Shown: in pieces, positions 48,368-58,123 of the stretch
Position numbering within the stretch: position 1 is the stretch's first letter
Layout of the letters: every line of letters starts with the position of its first letter
Assembly (NCBI GenBank): GCA_036308645.1
Contig: JAXJVH010000007.1
Location: 1-64,000 of the forward strand
Source of the DNA: Acutalibacteraceae bacterium
GTDB lineage: Bacteria; Bacillota; Clostridia; Oscillospirales; Acutalibacteraceae
Direction: 5' to 3'
DNA length: 64,000 bases
Made by a program: the position numbers and the translations under genes
Notes under the pieces: generated by a model
What the model saw: the letters and a program-made list of their open reading frames with translations, nothing else
Database searches by the model: none
What the model was told of the DNA's origin: nothing

Positions 48368-49363
48368 TTAGTCCTTGTATCCTAAAGTTGCCGCCATTAC
48401 GGCTTTTATAGTGTGCATTCTGTTTTCTGCCTCTTGGAAAACGATTGACTGCTCCGACTCAAACACTTCGTCGGTAACTTCCATACACTCACGACCGAAA
48501 CGCTCGCCCATTTCTTTGCCTACCTCGGTTTTAAGGTCGTGATAAGCAGGAAGGCAGTGCATAAACACGGCTTTATCGCCTGCGTTATCCATTAACGCTT
48601 TATTAACCTGATATGGGGAAAGTTCATTTATTCTTTCTTCCCAAACCTCTACAGGCTCGCCCATTGAAACCCAAACGTCGGTATAAATTACATCCGCGTT
48701 TTTTGTGGCTTTCATCGGGTCTGTTTCAAATTTAATCACAGCGCCTGTTTCTTTTGCTATGCTTTCACATTCGGCAATTAAAACCTTATTTGGAAAATAT
48801 TTTTCAGGAGCGCAAGCGGTAAAATTAAGACCCATTTTAGCGCAACCAACCATAAGCGAATTGCCCATATTGTATCTTGCGTCGCCCATATAAACAAAAT
48901 TTATGCCTTTTAAATAACCGAAATGCTCTTTTATAGTTAAAAAGTCGGCAAGAATTTGAGTTGGGTGAAATTCATTTGTAAGACCGTTCCAAACGGGTAC
49001 GCCGGCAAAAGCCGCCAACTCCTCAACAATTTCCTGACCGAAACCTCTGTATTCTATTCCGTCAAACATTCTGCCCAATACCCTTGCGGTATCGGCAATA
49101 GATTCTTTTTTTCCAATTTGTGAGCCCTGCGGGTCAAGATAAGTAACGCCCATACCAAGGTCACGAGCCGCCACCTCAAAAGCACAGCGAGTTCTCGTAG
49201 AAGTTTTTTCAAAAATAAGCGCAATATTTTTACCTTTTAATTTGTCGTGAGCAATACCGTTTTTCTTTTTAGCCTTAAAATCTGCCGCAAGGTCAATAAG
49301 ATGTTCTGTTTCTTCGCTTGTAAAATCAAGCAATTTTAAAAAGTTTCTGTTTTTTAAGTCCAT
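48368..49363 (-). CDS. argF: Ornithine carbamoyltransferase
   Basis: 331 aa with STRTR carbamoyl-phosphate motif and HCLP. Confidence 0.8.
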   Translation of the reverse strand: MDLKNRNFLKLLDFTSEETEHLIDLAADFKAKKKNGIAHDKLKGKNIALIFEKTSTRTRCAFEVAARDLGMGVTYLDPQGSQIGKKESIADTARVLGRMFDGIEYRGFGQEIVEELAAFAGVPVWNGLTNEFHPTQILADFLTIKEHFGYLKGINFVYMGDARYNMGNSLMVGCAKMGLNFTACAPEKYFPNKVLIAECESIAKETGAVIKFETDPMKATKNADVIYTDVWVSMGEPVEVWEERINELSPYQVNKALMDNAGDKAVFMHCLPAYHDLKTEVGKEMGERFGRECMEVTDEVFESEQSIVFQEAENRMHTIKAVMAATLGYKD

Positions 49364-49375
49364 TATTCTTTCTCC

Positions 49376-50536
49376 TTATTCGCAAGCCTTTTTAATAACT
49401 TCAACCGCTTTTTTCAATGTTTCAAACGGAATATTAAGCGCAGGCAAAAGTCTGATTTTAGTCTTTGCTTTAAGCACGCTGACGCCGTTTTCAAGGCAGA
49501 TTTTAAGTATATCGCCTGCGTCTTTTTCGGTTTCAATGCCAATCATAAGTCCCATACCGCTGACAGACTTTATTCCATTTGCGCCGTTTAATTCATTAAA
49601 TATATAGTCGGATTTTTCCTTAACCTCGCCTAAAAGTTTATCGTCAATTCTTGATAAAACATTTACAGCCGCCGCACAGCATATCGGATTTCCGCCGAAA
49701 GTTGAGCCGTGCGAACCCGGAGTAAACACATCTTTACATTTATCAAAAAGCATTGTCGCACCTATCGGCAAGCCGCCTGCAAGACCTTTTGCGGTTGATA
49801 CTATATCGGGGCGGACGCCGTAATTCATATAACCGTAAAGTTTTCCTGTTCTGCCGTTGCCTGTCTGTACCTCGTCAACTATCATCAAAATATCGTTTTT
49901 CTCGGCGATTTCGTTAATTTTATCAACAAATTCTTGATTAAGCGGTAAAACACCGCCCTCGCCCTGCACGGTTTCAAACATTATCGCAATAACATTGTTC
50001 TCTTTTACGGCTCGCTCCAAATCAGCGCAGTCGTTGGCCTTTGCGTGAACAAATCCGCCTGTAAGCGGTAAAAAGTCATTATGAAAAACGTCCTGACCGG
50101 TTGCCGCTAAAGTTGTGATTGTTCTGCCGTGGAACGAATTTTCGAGCGTTAAGATAACGCCGTCCTTTATTCCTTTATTTTCAGCGTATTTTCTTGCAGC
50201 TTTTATCGCACATTCGTTAGCCTCTGCTCCCGAATTGCCGAAAAAGACCTTTTTAGCGCCTGTTTTTTCACAAAGCATTTTTGCAAGCGTTACGCAAGGC
50301 TCTGCGTAGTAAAGATTTGAAGTATGCTGAAATGCGTCTAACTGCTTAATTACGGCGTCTTTCCAACTTTCATCACAAAAGCCGAAAGTATTTACGGCAA
50401 TTCCCGTACCCATATCTATATACTCTTTGCCGTTTTCATCATAGAAAATACTGCCTTTTCCGCTGACAATATTAATATCAAAACGGGCATAAGTATCGGC
50501 AATATATTTTTTGTCGTCCGATTTAACGCTCATCAA
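49376..50536 (-). CDS. argD: Acetylornithine aminotransferase
   Basis: 386 aa class III aminotransferase. Confidence 0.8.
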   Translation of the reverse strand: MMSVKSDDKKYIADTYARFDINIVSGKGSIFYDENGKEYIDMGTGIAVNTFGFCDESWKDAVIKQLDAFQHTSNLYYAEPCVTLAKMLCEKTGAKKVFFGNSGAEANECAIKAARKYAENKGIKDGVILTLENSFHGRTITTLAATGQDVFHNDFLPLTGGFVHAKANDCADLERAVKENNVIAIMFETVQGEGGVLPLNQEFVDKINEIAEKNDILMIVDEVQTGNGRTGKLYGYMNYGVRPDIVSTAKGLAGGLPIGATMLFDKCKDVFTPGSHGSTFGGNPICCAAAVNVLSRIDDKLLGEVKEKSDYIFNELNGANGIKSVSGMGLMIGIETEKDAGDILKICLENGVSVLKAKTKIRLLPALNIPFETLKKAVEVIKKACE

Positions 50537-51396
50537 TATTTCTCCTTAACTACCATTGTGCCTACGCCCTCGTCGGTAAGCATATCAAGTAAAACCGCAT
50601 GCGGTACTCTGCCGTCCATAATAGTAACTTTGTCAACGCCTCTGTCGATTGCGTCGATACAACATTCAACCTTTGGAATCATACCGCCTGAAATGATTTC
50701 CTGATTAAACAGTTCCTTTGCCTGTTTTATATCAACAAGCGGAATCAATGAATCGGGATTATCCTTATCGTGTAAAATTCCCGCAATATCGGTCATTAAA
50801 ATAAATTTATCCGCACTCATTGCACCTGCAATATATGCCGCCGCAGTATCTGCATTGATATTGTAAACATTGCCCTCGTTATCGCAACCGAGCGTTGAAA
50901 CAACGGGGATATATCCTTTTTCAAGCAAATCAATAATCGGGTTGACATTAACCTCGGTAATTCTTCCGACATATCCTAAGCGTTCGTCTTTTATTTCAGC
51001 CTTTATCATCTGACCGTCGATACCGCAGATACCCATAGCCTTTCCGCCTTTGGTTTCAAGCAGATTAACAAGACCTTTGTTAATTTTTCCTGCCAGTACC
51101 ATCTGCACAATTTCGGTCGATTCCTTATCGGTAACACGAAGTCCGTCTACAAACTCTGATTTTTTACCTACCCTATTAAGCATATCGGTAATTTCAGGGC
51201 CGCCGCCGTGAACTAAAACAACCTTTACACCGATTAATGAAAGAAGAACAATATCCTCCATTACCCGTTGTTTTAAATCATCGTTAATCATAGCGTTTCC
51301 GCCGTATTTTATTACAACGATTTTTCCGTTGTATTTTTTTATGTAAGGCAAAGCCTCAACAAGTATATGCGCCCTTTGCGCATTAGATATGTCCAT
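50533..51396 (-). CDS. argB: Acetylglutamate kinase
   Basis: 287 aa amino-acid kinase family (VIKYGGNAM). Confidence 0.9.
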   Translation of the reverse strand: MDISNAQRAHILVEALPYIKKYNGKIVVIKYGGNAMINDDLKQRVMEDIVLLSLIGVKVVLVHGGGPEITDMLNRVGKKSEFVDGLRVTDKESTEIVQMVLAGKINKGLVNLLETKGGKAMGICGIDGQMIKAEIKDERLGYVGRITEVNVNPIIDLLEKGYIPVVSTLGCDNEGNVYNINADTAAAYIAGAMSADKFILMTDIAGILHDKDNPDSLIPLVDIKQAKELFNQEIISGGMIPKVECCIDAIDRGVDKVTIMDGRVPHAVLLDMLTDEGVGTMVVKEKY

Positions 51397-51413
51397 AGTA
51401 CTTATCCTCCGCT

Positions 51414-51872
51414 TTAAAATAACTTTATACTGTAATCGTTATTTTCGTAATTTTTTTCATAAGCCATTTCGCTTAAACTATCATCATCGAAAACTTTAAA
51501 AAGTTCATCAAAATCTTTTGCTAAATTATATTTTTTTAAATCGAATTTATTAATCCACTTCATTCTACCCTCATCAGAAGAATGAAGATTTCCTCTAAAT
51601 TCATTAGTTTTATATAACAAAACAATATATCGGCTAAAATCTTGATTTTCAAATTGCTTTATTCCACATAGTTTAGGATTTTTGATATAAAGTCCTGTTT
51701 CTTCGTAAATCTCACGAACAACAGCATCGTTAAATGATTCGCCTTTTTCAACATGTCCACCGGGAAAAGCAACCCCCGGCCAATCAGCATCATTTCTATC
51801 CTGTACTAAAATCATATTGCCATCATAAATCATACACATAGTTGTAAATTCAGCAAGTATTTTTCTATTCAT
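51414..51872 (-). CDS. NUDIX hydrolase embedded in the arg operon
   Basis: 152 aa with Nudix box GGHVEKGESFNDAVVREIYEETGL. Confidence 0.7.
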   Translation of the reverse strand: MNRKILAEFTTMCMIYDGNMILVQDRNDADWPGVAFPGGHVEKGESFNDAVVREIYEETGLYIKNPKLCGIKQFENQDFSRYIVLLYKTNEFRGNLHSSDEGRMKWINKFDLKKYNLAKDFDELFKVFDDDSLSEMAYEKNYENNDYSIKLF

Positions 51873-51907
51873 TATACATTTACTCCTAAAAGCTTCAATG
51901 AATACCA

Positions 51908-51935
51908 GCCTCCCTTGCCTAAAGGGAGGCTTTTT
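51908..51935 (+). other. Hairpin GCCTCCCTT-GCCTA-AAGGGAGGC with a U-tract only on the plus strand (antisense to the operon)
   Basis: Seen directly in the sequence; lies between argJ and the NUDIX gene. Confidence 0.4.
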
Positions 51936-51951
51936 AGGATTTTAGCCTGAT

Positions 51952-53163
51952 TTAAGTTCTGTAATCGCCGTTGATTTTTACATAATCATAAGTTAAATCA
52001 CAGCCCCAAGCGGTCGCTCTTGTTTCGCCGTCGTTAAGGTTAATTAAAATTCCGATTTCTTTTTGGAGTAAAATCTCTTTCGCCTTTTCCTCGGAAAAAT
52101 CAACGCCTGCGCCGTTTTTGCAAACCTCGATTTCGCCTTTTGACGAGCAGAAAGAAACATCAATTTTTTCTACGTCCACATCAGCGCCCGAGTAACCGAT
52201 AGCGCAAAGTACTCTGCCCCAGTTAGCGTCTGCGCCGAACATCGCCGCTTTAAGCAGCGACGAACAAATAACGGATTTTGCAACTTTTTTGGCGGTTATT
52301 TCATCTTTTGCGCCCGAAACATCACATTCAAGCAACTTTGTAGCGCCCTCGCCGTCGCCCGCAATCATTCTGCAAAGCGCAACGGTAACGGTATTAAGCG
52401 CTTTCATAAACTCATTAAAATCAGCGCCCTCGCAGTCAATCATATCGTTTCCCGCCATACCGTTTGCAAGCACCGAAACCATATCGTTTGTCGAGGTATC
52501 GCCGTCGATAGAAACCATATTAAAAGTTGATTTTACATCGGTAGAAAGCGCCTTTTGAAGCATTTTTGAAGATATAGCGCAGTCGGTTGTAATAAACACA
52601 AGCATAGTAGCCATATTCGGGTGAATCATACCGCTGCCCTTTGCAATTCCGCCCATTCTGCATACTTTTTTGCCGATTGTAAATTCAACCGCCACTTCTT
52701 TTTTAACGGTATCGGTGGTCATAATAGCTTCGGCGGCGTCCGCACTTTTTTCGCCGAGTCCGTTTACCAATTCGTCCATACCGTTTTTAATAGGCTCTAT
52801 ACACAGCGGTTGACCGATAACGCCGGTAGACGCAACTATTACATCCATAGAAGAAATATTTAATTTTTCCTCTACCAATTCGCTCATCTGCTCTGCAATA
52901 TCAATTCCGTTTGCATTACAGGTATTTGCGTTTCCGCTGTTGCAGATAATAGCCGAAGCCATACCGTCCTTTATATGAGTTTTTGTAACCGCAATCGGAG
53001 CGCCTTTTACTAAATTTGTAGTATAAACGCAAGCCGCCGCCGCCCGACAATCCGAAACAATAAGCGCTAAATCTTTTTTTGTTTTGTTTTTTCTGATTCC
53101 GCAATGTACGCCGTTTGCCCGAAAGCCTTTTGCCGCAACTACACCGCCGTTAATAAAATTCAT
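51952..53163 (-). CDS. argJ: Bifunctional ornithine acetyltransferase / N-acetylglutamate synthase
   Basis: 403 aa with the autoproteolytic ATML/T site (MATMLVFITTD). Confidence 0.9.
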   Translation of the reverse strand: MNFINGGVVAAKGFRANGVHCGIRKNKTKKDLALIVSDCRAAAACVYTTNLVKGAPIAVTKTHIKDGMASAIICNSGNANTCNANGIDIAEQMSELVEEKLNISSMDVIVASTGVIGQPLCIEPIKNGMDELVNGLGEKSADAAEAIMTTDTVKKEVAVEFTIGKKVCRMGGIAKGSGMIHPNMATMLVFITTDCAISSKMLQKALSTDVKSTFNMVSIDGDTSTNDMVSVLANGMAGNDMIDCEGADFNEFMKALNTVTVALCRMIAGDGEGATKLLECDVSGAKDEITAKKVAKSVICSSLLKAAMFGADANWGRVLCAIGYSGADVDVEKIDVSFCSSKGEIEVCKNGAGVDFSEEKAKEILLQKEIGILINLNDGETRATAWGCDLTYDYVKINGDYRT

Positions 53164-53189
53164 AAAATTATAGTCCTTTCAAAATCTTT

Positions 53190-54122
53190 TTATAAATCAA
53201 GTCCTGTTTCTTTTTCTACGCCGAGTTTTATATTCATACATTCGACCGCCGCTCCCGAAGCGCCTTTTCCGAGATTGTTAAATCTTGAGAGTAACAGTAT
53301 TCTTTCATCGTTACCCGCTACGGTAATTTCCATATTATCTTTATCGTCAATGGCGCTTGCGCTGATAAAACCGTCTTCATCAATGCTGTCAAAATATTTT
53401 ACTATTTTGCCGTTGTAAAGCGAGCGGTAAACCTCTTTAATATCCTTTACGGAAAATCCGCTTTTAATTTGTGAAGCAAAAAGCGGAACGGTAACTGTCA
53501 TACCGCTGTAAAAATTGCAAACATAAGGGCAAAAAATCGGCTCATTTTTAAGTCCCGAAATAATTTTCATTTCAGGAATATGCTTATGATTTTGAGTAAG
53601 CGCATACTCACGAGGACCTGTAAGCAACGGGTCAAGTTCCATATCCTCATACTGTGCAATCCCCTTTTTTCCTGCGCCCGAATAACCCGAAACCGCATGG
53701 CAGGTTATCTGTGCATTGCCGTCAATTATACCGTTTTTTACAAGAGGTTCAACAAGTGAAATAAATCCGCTTGCATAACAACCGGGGTTTGCTATTCGGT
53801 TGGAGTTTTTGATTTTCAATTCAAATTCCTCGCCTAGTTCAGGAAAACCATAAGCCCAATCGGGATTTGTTCTGTGAGCGGTAGACGCGTCAATTACCGT
53901 AACATTCGGATTTTCGATAAACGAAACCGCCTCGACTGCCGCCGCGTCAGGCAAACACAAAAAAGCAATATCGCAACTGTTCAGCGCTTCTTTTCTGTAT
54001 TCGGGAATTTTACGCTTATCATCGGAAAGAGTCATAACCTCAATATCTTTCCTGTTTTTTAAGCGTTCAATTATGCGAAGTCCTGTTGTTCCGGCGCTGC
54101 CGTCAATAAAAATCTTTTTCAT
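53190..54122 (-). CDS. argC: N-acetyl-gamma-glutamyl-phosphate reductase
   Basis: 310 aa with active-site Cys context NPGCYASG. Confidence 0.8.
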   Translation of the reverse strand: MKKIFIDGSAGTTGLRIIERLKNRKDIEVMTLSDDKRKIPEYRKEALNSCDIAFLCLPDAAAVEAVSFIENPNVTVIDASTAHRTNPDWAYGFPELGEEFELKIKNSNRIANPGCYASGFISLVEPLVKNGIIDGNAQITCHAVSGYSGAGKKGIAQYEDMELDPLLTGPREYALTQNHKHIPEMKIISGLKNEPIFCPYVCNFYSGMTVTVPLFASQIKSGFSVKDIKEVYRSLYNGKIVKYFDSIDEDGFISASAIDDKDNMEITVAGNDERILLLSRFNNLGKGASGAAVECMNIKLGVEKETGLDL

Positions 54123-54124
54123 AA

Positions 54125-55498
54125 TTATCCAATAAAGTCCTTAATAAATTTAATTTGAGTTTCAACCGACTTCGGTCCTGTGCCGCCTGCGGAAGTACGC
54201 TTGTTTACACAGGTTTCAAGGCTGATTTCATCATATAAATCATCTTCAAAAACATCTGAAAACTGCTTGTATTCTTCCATAGAAACGGCGTCAAGCACCT
54301 TGTTATTCTGAATACAGTAGGCTACAATCTGACCGACGATTTTATAGGCGCTTCTGAAAGGTAAACCTTTTTTTGCAAGATAATCCGCAAGGTCGGTTGC
54401 ATTGATAAATCCGCCCTGCGCCGCACTATACATTTTATCGGTTTTTACATTCATTGTAGCAATCATCGGAGCAAAATTTTTAAGGCATTTTTTAACCGTT
54501 TCAATACTGTCAAAAATAGCCTCTTTATCCTCTTGCATATCCTTGTTATAAGCAAGCGGAAGTCCTTTAAGAGTTGTAAGCAAAGCCATCAAATCGCCGT
54601 AAACTCTGCCTGTTTTACCTCTGACAAGTTCGGCAATATCGCTGTTTTTCTTCTGTGGCATTATGCTAGAACCCGTTGTGTAAGCGTCGTCAAGTTCAAC
54701 AAATGAAAACTCTAAAGACGACCAAAGAATTATCTCTTCGGAAAAACGGGATAAGTGCATCATAACAACTGCGAAAGCCGACATAAGTTCAACGCAGAAA
54801 TCTCTGTCCGAAACGCCGTCAAGCGAGTTTAAAGTAATACCGTCAAAGCCTAATTTTTCCGCTTCAAAATATCGGTCGGTATTAAAAGTTGTTCCTGCCA
54901 ACGCACAACAACCTATAGGCGATAAATTCATTCGTTTTACGGCGTCCTTAATACGGGTAATATCCCTTGTAAACATCATAGCGTACGCCAAAAGATGATG
55001 CGCAAAAGTAATAGGCTGCGCTCTTTGTAAGTGAGTATAGCCCGGCATAATTACCAACTTGTTAGCCTCGGCTTTTTCAACTATTGCCGTAAGCAGATTT
55101 TTAATTAAATCAATAATTTCTCCCGACTCGTCACGCAGATACATTCTTATATCGAGAGCCACCTGGTCATTTCTGCTTCTTGCGGTGTGAAGTTTTTTTC
55201 CTACATCGCCGACGCGCTTTGTAAGTTCCGCCTCAACGAACATGTGAATATCTTCGGCGTCCATATCAAACTGCAATTTTCCGTTGTTAAGATCGTCAAG
55301 AATACCGCCGAGTCCCTCGACAAGAGTTTCCATTTCCTCAACCGAAATAATGCCCTGCTTTGCTAACATCTGCGCATGAGCAATAGAGCCTGTAATATCC
55401 TGTTTATACATTTTGCAATCAAAATGTATTGAAGAGTTAAAGTCGTCTGCTTCTTTATCGAGCGCTTTTTGAAAACGCCCTGCCCACATTTTATCCAT
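54125..55498 (-). CDS. argH: Argininosuccinate lyase
   Basis: 457 aa fumarase/ASL family. Confidence 0.9.
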   Translation of the reverse strand: MDKMWAGRFQKALDKEADDFNSSIHFDCKMYKQDITGSIAHAQMLAKQGIISVEEMETLVEGLGGILDDLNNGKLQFDMDAEDIHMFVEAELTKRVGDVGKKLHTARSRNDQVALDIRMYLRDESGEIIDLIKNLLTAIVEKAEANKLVIMPGYTHLQRAQPITFAHHLLAYAMMFTRDITRIKDAVKRMNLSPIGCCALAGTTFNTDRYFEAEKLGFDGITLNSLDGVSDRDFCVELMSAFAVVMMHLSRFSEEIILWSSLEFSFVELDDAYTTGSSIMPQKKNSDIAELVRGKTGRVYGDLMALLTTLKGLPLAYNKDMQEDKEAIFDSIETVKKCLKNFAPMIATMNVKTDKMYSAAQGGFINATDLADYLAKKGLPFRSAYKIVGQIVAYCIQNNKVLDAVSMEEYKQFSDVFEDDLYDEISLETCVNKRTSAGGTGPKSVETQIKFIKDFIG

Positions 55499-55557
55499 AA
55501 TACAAGTTTAGTCTGTAGGCAAAAATGCCCACAGACTTTTACCTTTCATTTTAAATT

Positions 55558-56787
55558 TTATTTAAGATTGTTCTTTGCTTTCATTTTAGCAATAACCTTT
55601 GTCGGCAAGCCGTAAAGATTAATAAAGCCTGCTGAATCTTTTTGGTCGTAAACTTCATCTTCATCAAAAGTTGCGATTTCAGGGTCATAAAGTGAATAAG
55701 GTGAAGTAACGCCCGCATTAATCATATTGCCTTTATAAAGTTTAAGTTTAACATCGCCTGTAACGGTTTCCTGTGTTTTCTTAACAAATGCTAAAATTGC
55801 TTCGGTTAAAGGAGTGTACCATTGAGCGTTATAAACGAGTTCGCCGAGTTTTTGAGCAACGAGCGCTTTATAATGTGAAGTTTCTTTATCAAGAGTGATT
55901 GTTTCAAGAATTTGATGCGCCTGATAAAGAATAGCGCCGCCGGGAGTTTCGTAAACGCCGCGGCATTTCATACCTACAAGACGGTTTTCAACAATATCAA
56001 GAAGTCCGATACCGTTTGCGCCGCCTAATTTGTTAAGAGTATCAACAACCTCTACAGCGCCCATCTCTTTACCGTCGATAGCGGTACAAATACCTTTTTC
56101 AAAGTGCAATGTAACATAAGTAGGTTTATCGGGAGCCTGCTCGGGAGAAACGCCCATTTCAAGGAATCCCTCTTTATCATACATAGGCTCGTTAGCCGGA
56201 TCTTCAAGGTCAAGACCTTCGTGCGATAAGTGCCAAATATTTTTATCTTTAGAATAATTTGTTTCTCTTGTGATTTTAAGCGGAACATTATGAGCCTCGG
56301 CATAATCAATTTCCTCATCACGGGATTTAATATCCCATTCACGCCAAGGAGCAATAATCGGCATATCAGGTGCAAATGCTTTAATTGCAAGTTCAAAACG
56401 AACCTGGTCGTTACCCTTACCTGTGCAACCGTGACAGATAGCGTCGGCGCCCTCTGCAATTGCGATTTCGGCAATTCTCTTACCGATTGCAGGACGTGCA
56501 AAAGCAGTACCTAAAAGATAGTCCTCATATTTAGCGCCTGCCTGAACACAAGGGAAAACGCAATCTGTTAAAAATTCCTCGGTTAAATCTTCAACATAAA
56601 GTTTAGAAGCGCCTGTTTTCAAAGCCTTTTCTTCAAGACCTTCAAGTTCGGAAGCCTGACCTACATTTCCCGAAACTGCGATAACCTCGCAGTTGTTGTA
56701 ATTTTCTTTAAGCCAGGGAATGATGATTGAAGTATCAAGACCGCCCGAATAAGCAAGCACTACTTTTTTAATATTCTTTTTATCCAT
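55558..56787 (-). CDS. argG: Argininosuccinate synthase
   Basis: Start [20 protein letters not shown] at 56787 with a GGAGG RBS; the track ORF is N-terminally extended to 56832. Confidence 0.9.
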   Translation of the reverse strand: MDKKNIKKVVLAYSGGLDTSIIIPWLKENYNNCEVIAVSGNVGQASELEGLEEKALKTGASKLYVEDLTEEFLTDCVFPCVQAGAKYEDYLLGTAFARPAIGKRIAEIAIAEGADAICHGCTGKGNDQVRFELAIKAFAPDMPIIAPWREWDIKSRDEEIDYAEAHNVPLKITRETNYSKDKNIWHLSHEGLDLEDPANEPMYDKEGFLEMGVSPEQAPDKPTYVTLHFEKGICTAIDGKEMGAVEVVDTLNKLGGANGIGLLDIVENRLVGMKCRGVYETPGGAILYQAHQILETITLDKETSHYKALVAQKLGELVYNAQWYTPLTEAILAFVKKTQETVTGDVKLKLYKGNMINAGVTSPYSLYDPEIATFDEDEVYDQKDSAGFINLYGLPTKVIAKMKAKNNLK

Positions 56788-56840
56788 TTTTATTTCCTCC
56801 GAAATTCTAAATAATTTAATATTCACTTTCAATGTGTATA

Positions 56841-56869
56841 ATTATACACACATATACATACTTTGTCAA
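56841..56869 (-). promoter_or_regulatory. Perfect-consensus sigma-70 promoter for the arg operon (TTGACA-17-TATAAT); the -10 lies inside an 18-bp perfect palindrome TGTGTATAATTATACACA
   Basis: On the minus strand, -35 is at 56864-56869 and -10 at 56841-56846. The palindrome spans 56835-56852. Confidence 0.55.
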
Positions 56870-56981
56870 CATATTTTTGAATATTTTTTGACTGAATTTT
56901 CATTATTTTATATTTTTAATAAAAGAATAGCGGCATTTTTACTTTTATTTATCACTTTCAACCTATTTTATGCATAAAATT

Positions 56982-57007
56982 ATGAATATTTATGCATAAA
57001 TATTCAT
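56982..57007. promoter_or_regulatory. 26-bp perfect palindrome ATGAATATTTATGCATAAATATTCAT containing two overlapping ARG-box-like sites (TGAATATTTATGCA)
   Basis: Close match to the AhrC/ArgR consensus TGAATwwwwATGCA/ATTCA. Lies between argG and the divergent LysR gene; a third TGCATAAAATTATGAATA lies just upstream. Confidence 0.45.
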
Positions 57008-57119
57008 TTTATTCTGAAATATTTAAGCAAAACTCTTAATTTTACTGTTGTTTTTTGATTGTAATTATATATGTTTTGTGATATACTGCTATATATACTA
57101 AAAAAGGCAGGAGAATAAA

Positions 57120-58049
57120 ATGAATCTGCTTCATTTAAAATATGCAGTTGAGATAGCAAAAACCAAGTCAATCAGCAAAGCGGCGGAAAATCTTTATACA
57201 GCGCAGCCTAATTTAAGCCGTGCAATAAAAGAATTGGAAGAATCTTTAGGCATTACAATTTTTAACCGCACCACCAAGGGAATAACGCTTACTCCCGAGG
57301 GCGAAGAATTTTTACAGTATGCAAGAAAAATCATCACACAGGTTGAGCAGGTTGAGGACCTTTATAAAAACGGAAAACGAAATAAGCAGAATTTTTCAAT
57401 ATGCGTTCCTCGCGCCACATATATTTCAAACGCTTTTTCGGAATTTTCAAAAAATATCGACACCAAAAAGCCGGCGGAAATTTTTTATAAAGAAACAAAT
57501 TCCTGGAGAACTATCAACAATGTTGTAAGCGAGGAATACAACCTCGGTATAATCAGGTATCAAACGGCTTTTGATAAATATTTCAAAAGTATGTTTTCGG
57601 ATAAAAAATTAGTCAGCGAAACAATAACCGAATTTTCCTACCAACTTGTAATGTCCGAGCGTCACCCTCTTGCAAAAAAGCAGGATGTAACGCTTAAAGA
57701 TTTATCGGAATATATTGAAATCAATCATGCCGATCCTTATGTTCCGTCAATGCCTTTGGTTGACGTTAAAAAAGCCGAACTTTCGGAACACGTTGACAAG
57801 CGTATTTTTATTTTTGAACGGGCAACACAGTTTACGCTTTTGTCGGAAGTGGAAAACACATTTATGTGGGTTTCGCCTATTTCGGATAAAATTTTAAAAA
57901 AATTCGGGCTTATCTCTAAAAATGTTAAAGAAAACAACAAGGTTTATAAAGATGTGCTTATTTACAGAAAGAATTATAAATTAACCGAACTTGACAGTCT
58001 TTTTATCACCGCATTATGCAACGAAAAAAGAAAATTTGAAAACAAATAA
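57120..58049 (+). CDS. LysR-family transcriptional regulator
   Basis: 309 aa with an N-terminal wHTH (AAENLYTAQPNLSRAIKELEESLG) and a LysR substrate-binding domain. Confidence 0.8.
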   Translation: MNLLHLKYAVEIAKTKSISKAAENLYTAQPNLSRAIKELEESLGITIFNRTTKGITLTPEGEEFLQYARKIITQVEQVEDLYKNGKRNKQNFSICVPRATYISNAFSEFSKNIDTKKPAEIFYKETNSWRTINNVVSEEYNLGIIRYQTAFDKYFKSMFSDKKLVSETITEFSYQLVMSERHPLAKKQDVTLKDLSEYIEINHADPYVPSMPLVDVKKAELSEHVDKRIFIFERATQFTLLSEVENTFMWVSPISDKILKKFGLISKNVKENNKVYKDVLIYRKNYKLTELDSLFITALCNEKRKFENK

Positions 58050-58071
58050 ACATATAAAAACGATTGAACCA

Positions 58072-58112
58072 AAAAAGGGTTGAAGTTTCAAAACAAACTT
58101 CAACCCTTTTAA
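58072..58112. terminator. Bidirectional intrinsic terminator
   Basis: Stem AAGGGTTGAAGTTT / AAACTTCAACCCTT followed by TTAAT; A-run on the other side. Confidence 0.65.
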
Positions 58113-58123
58113 TATTACCTTAA

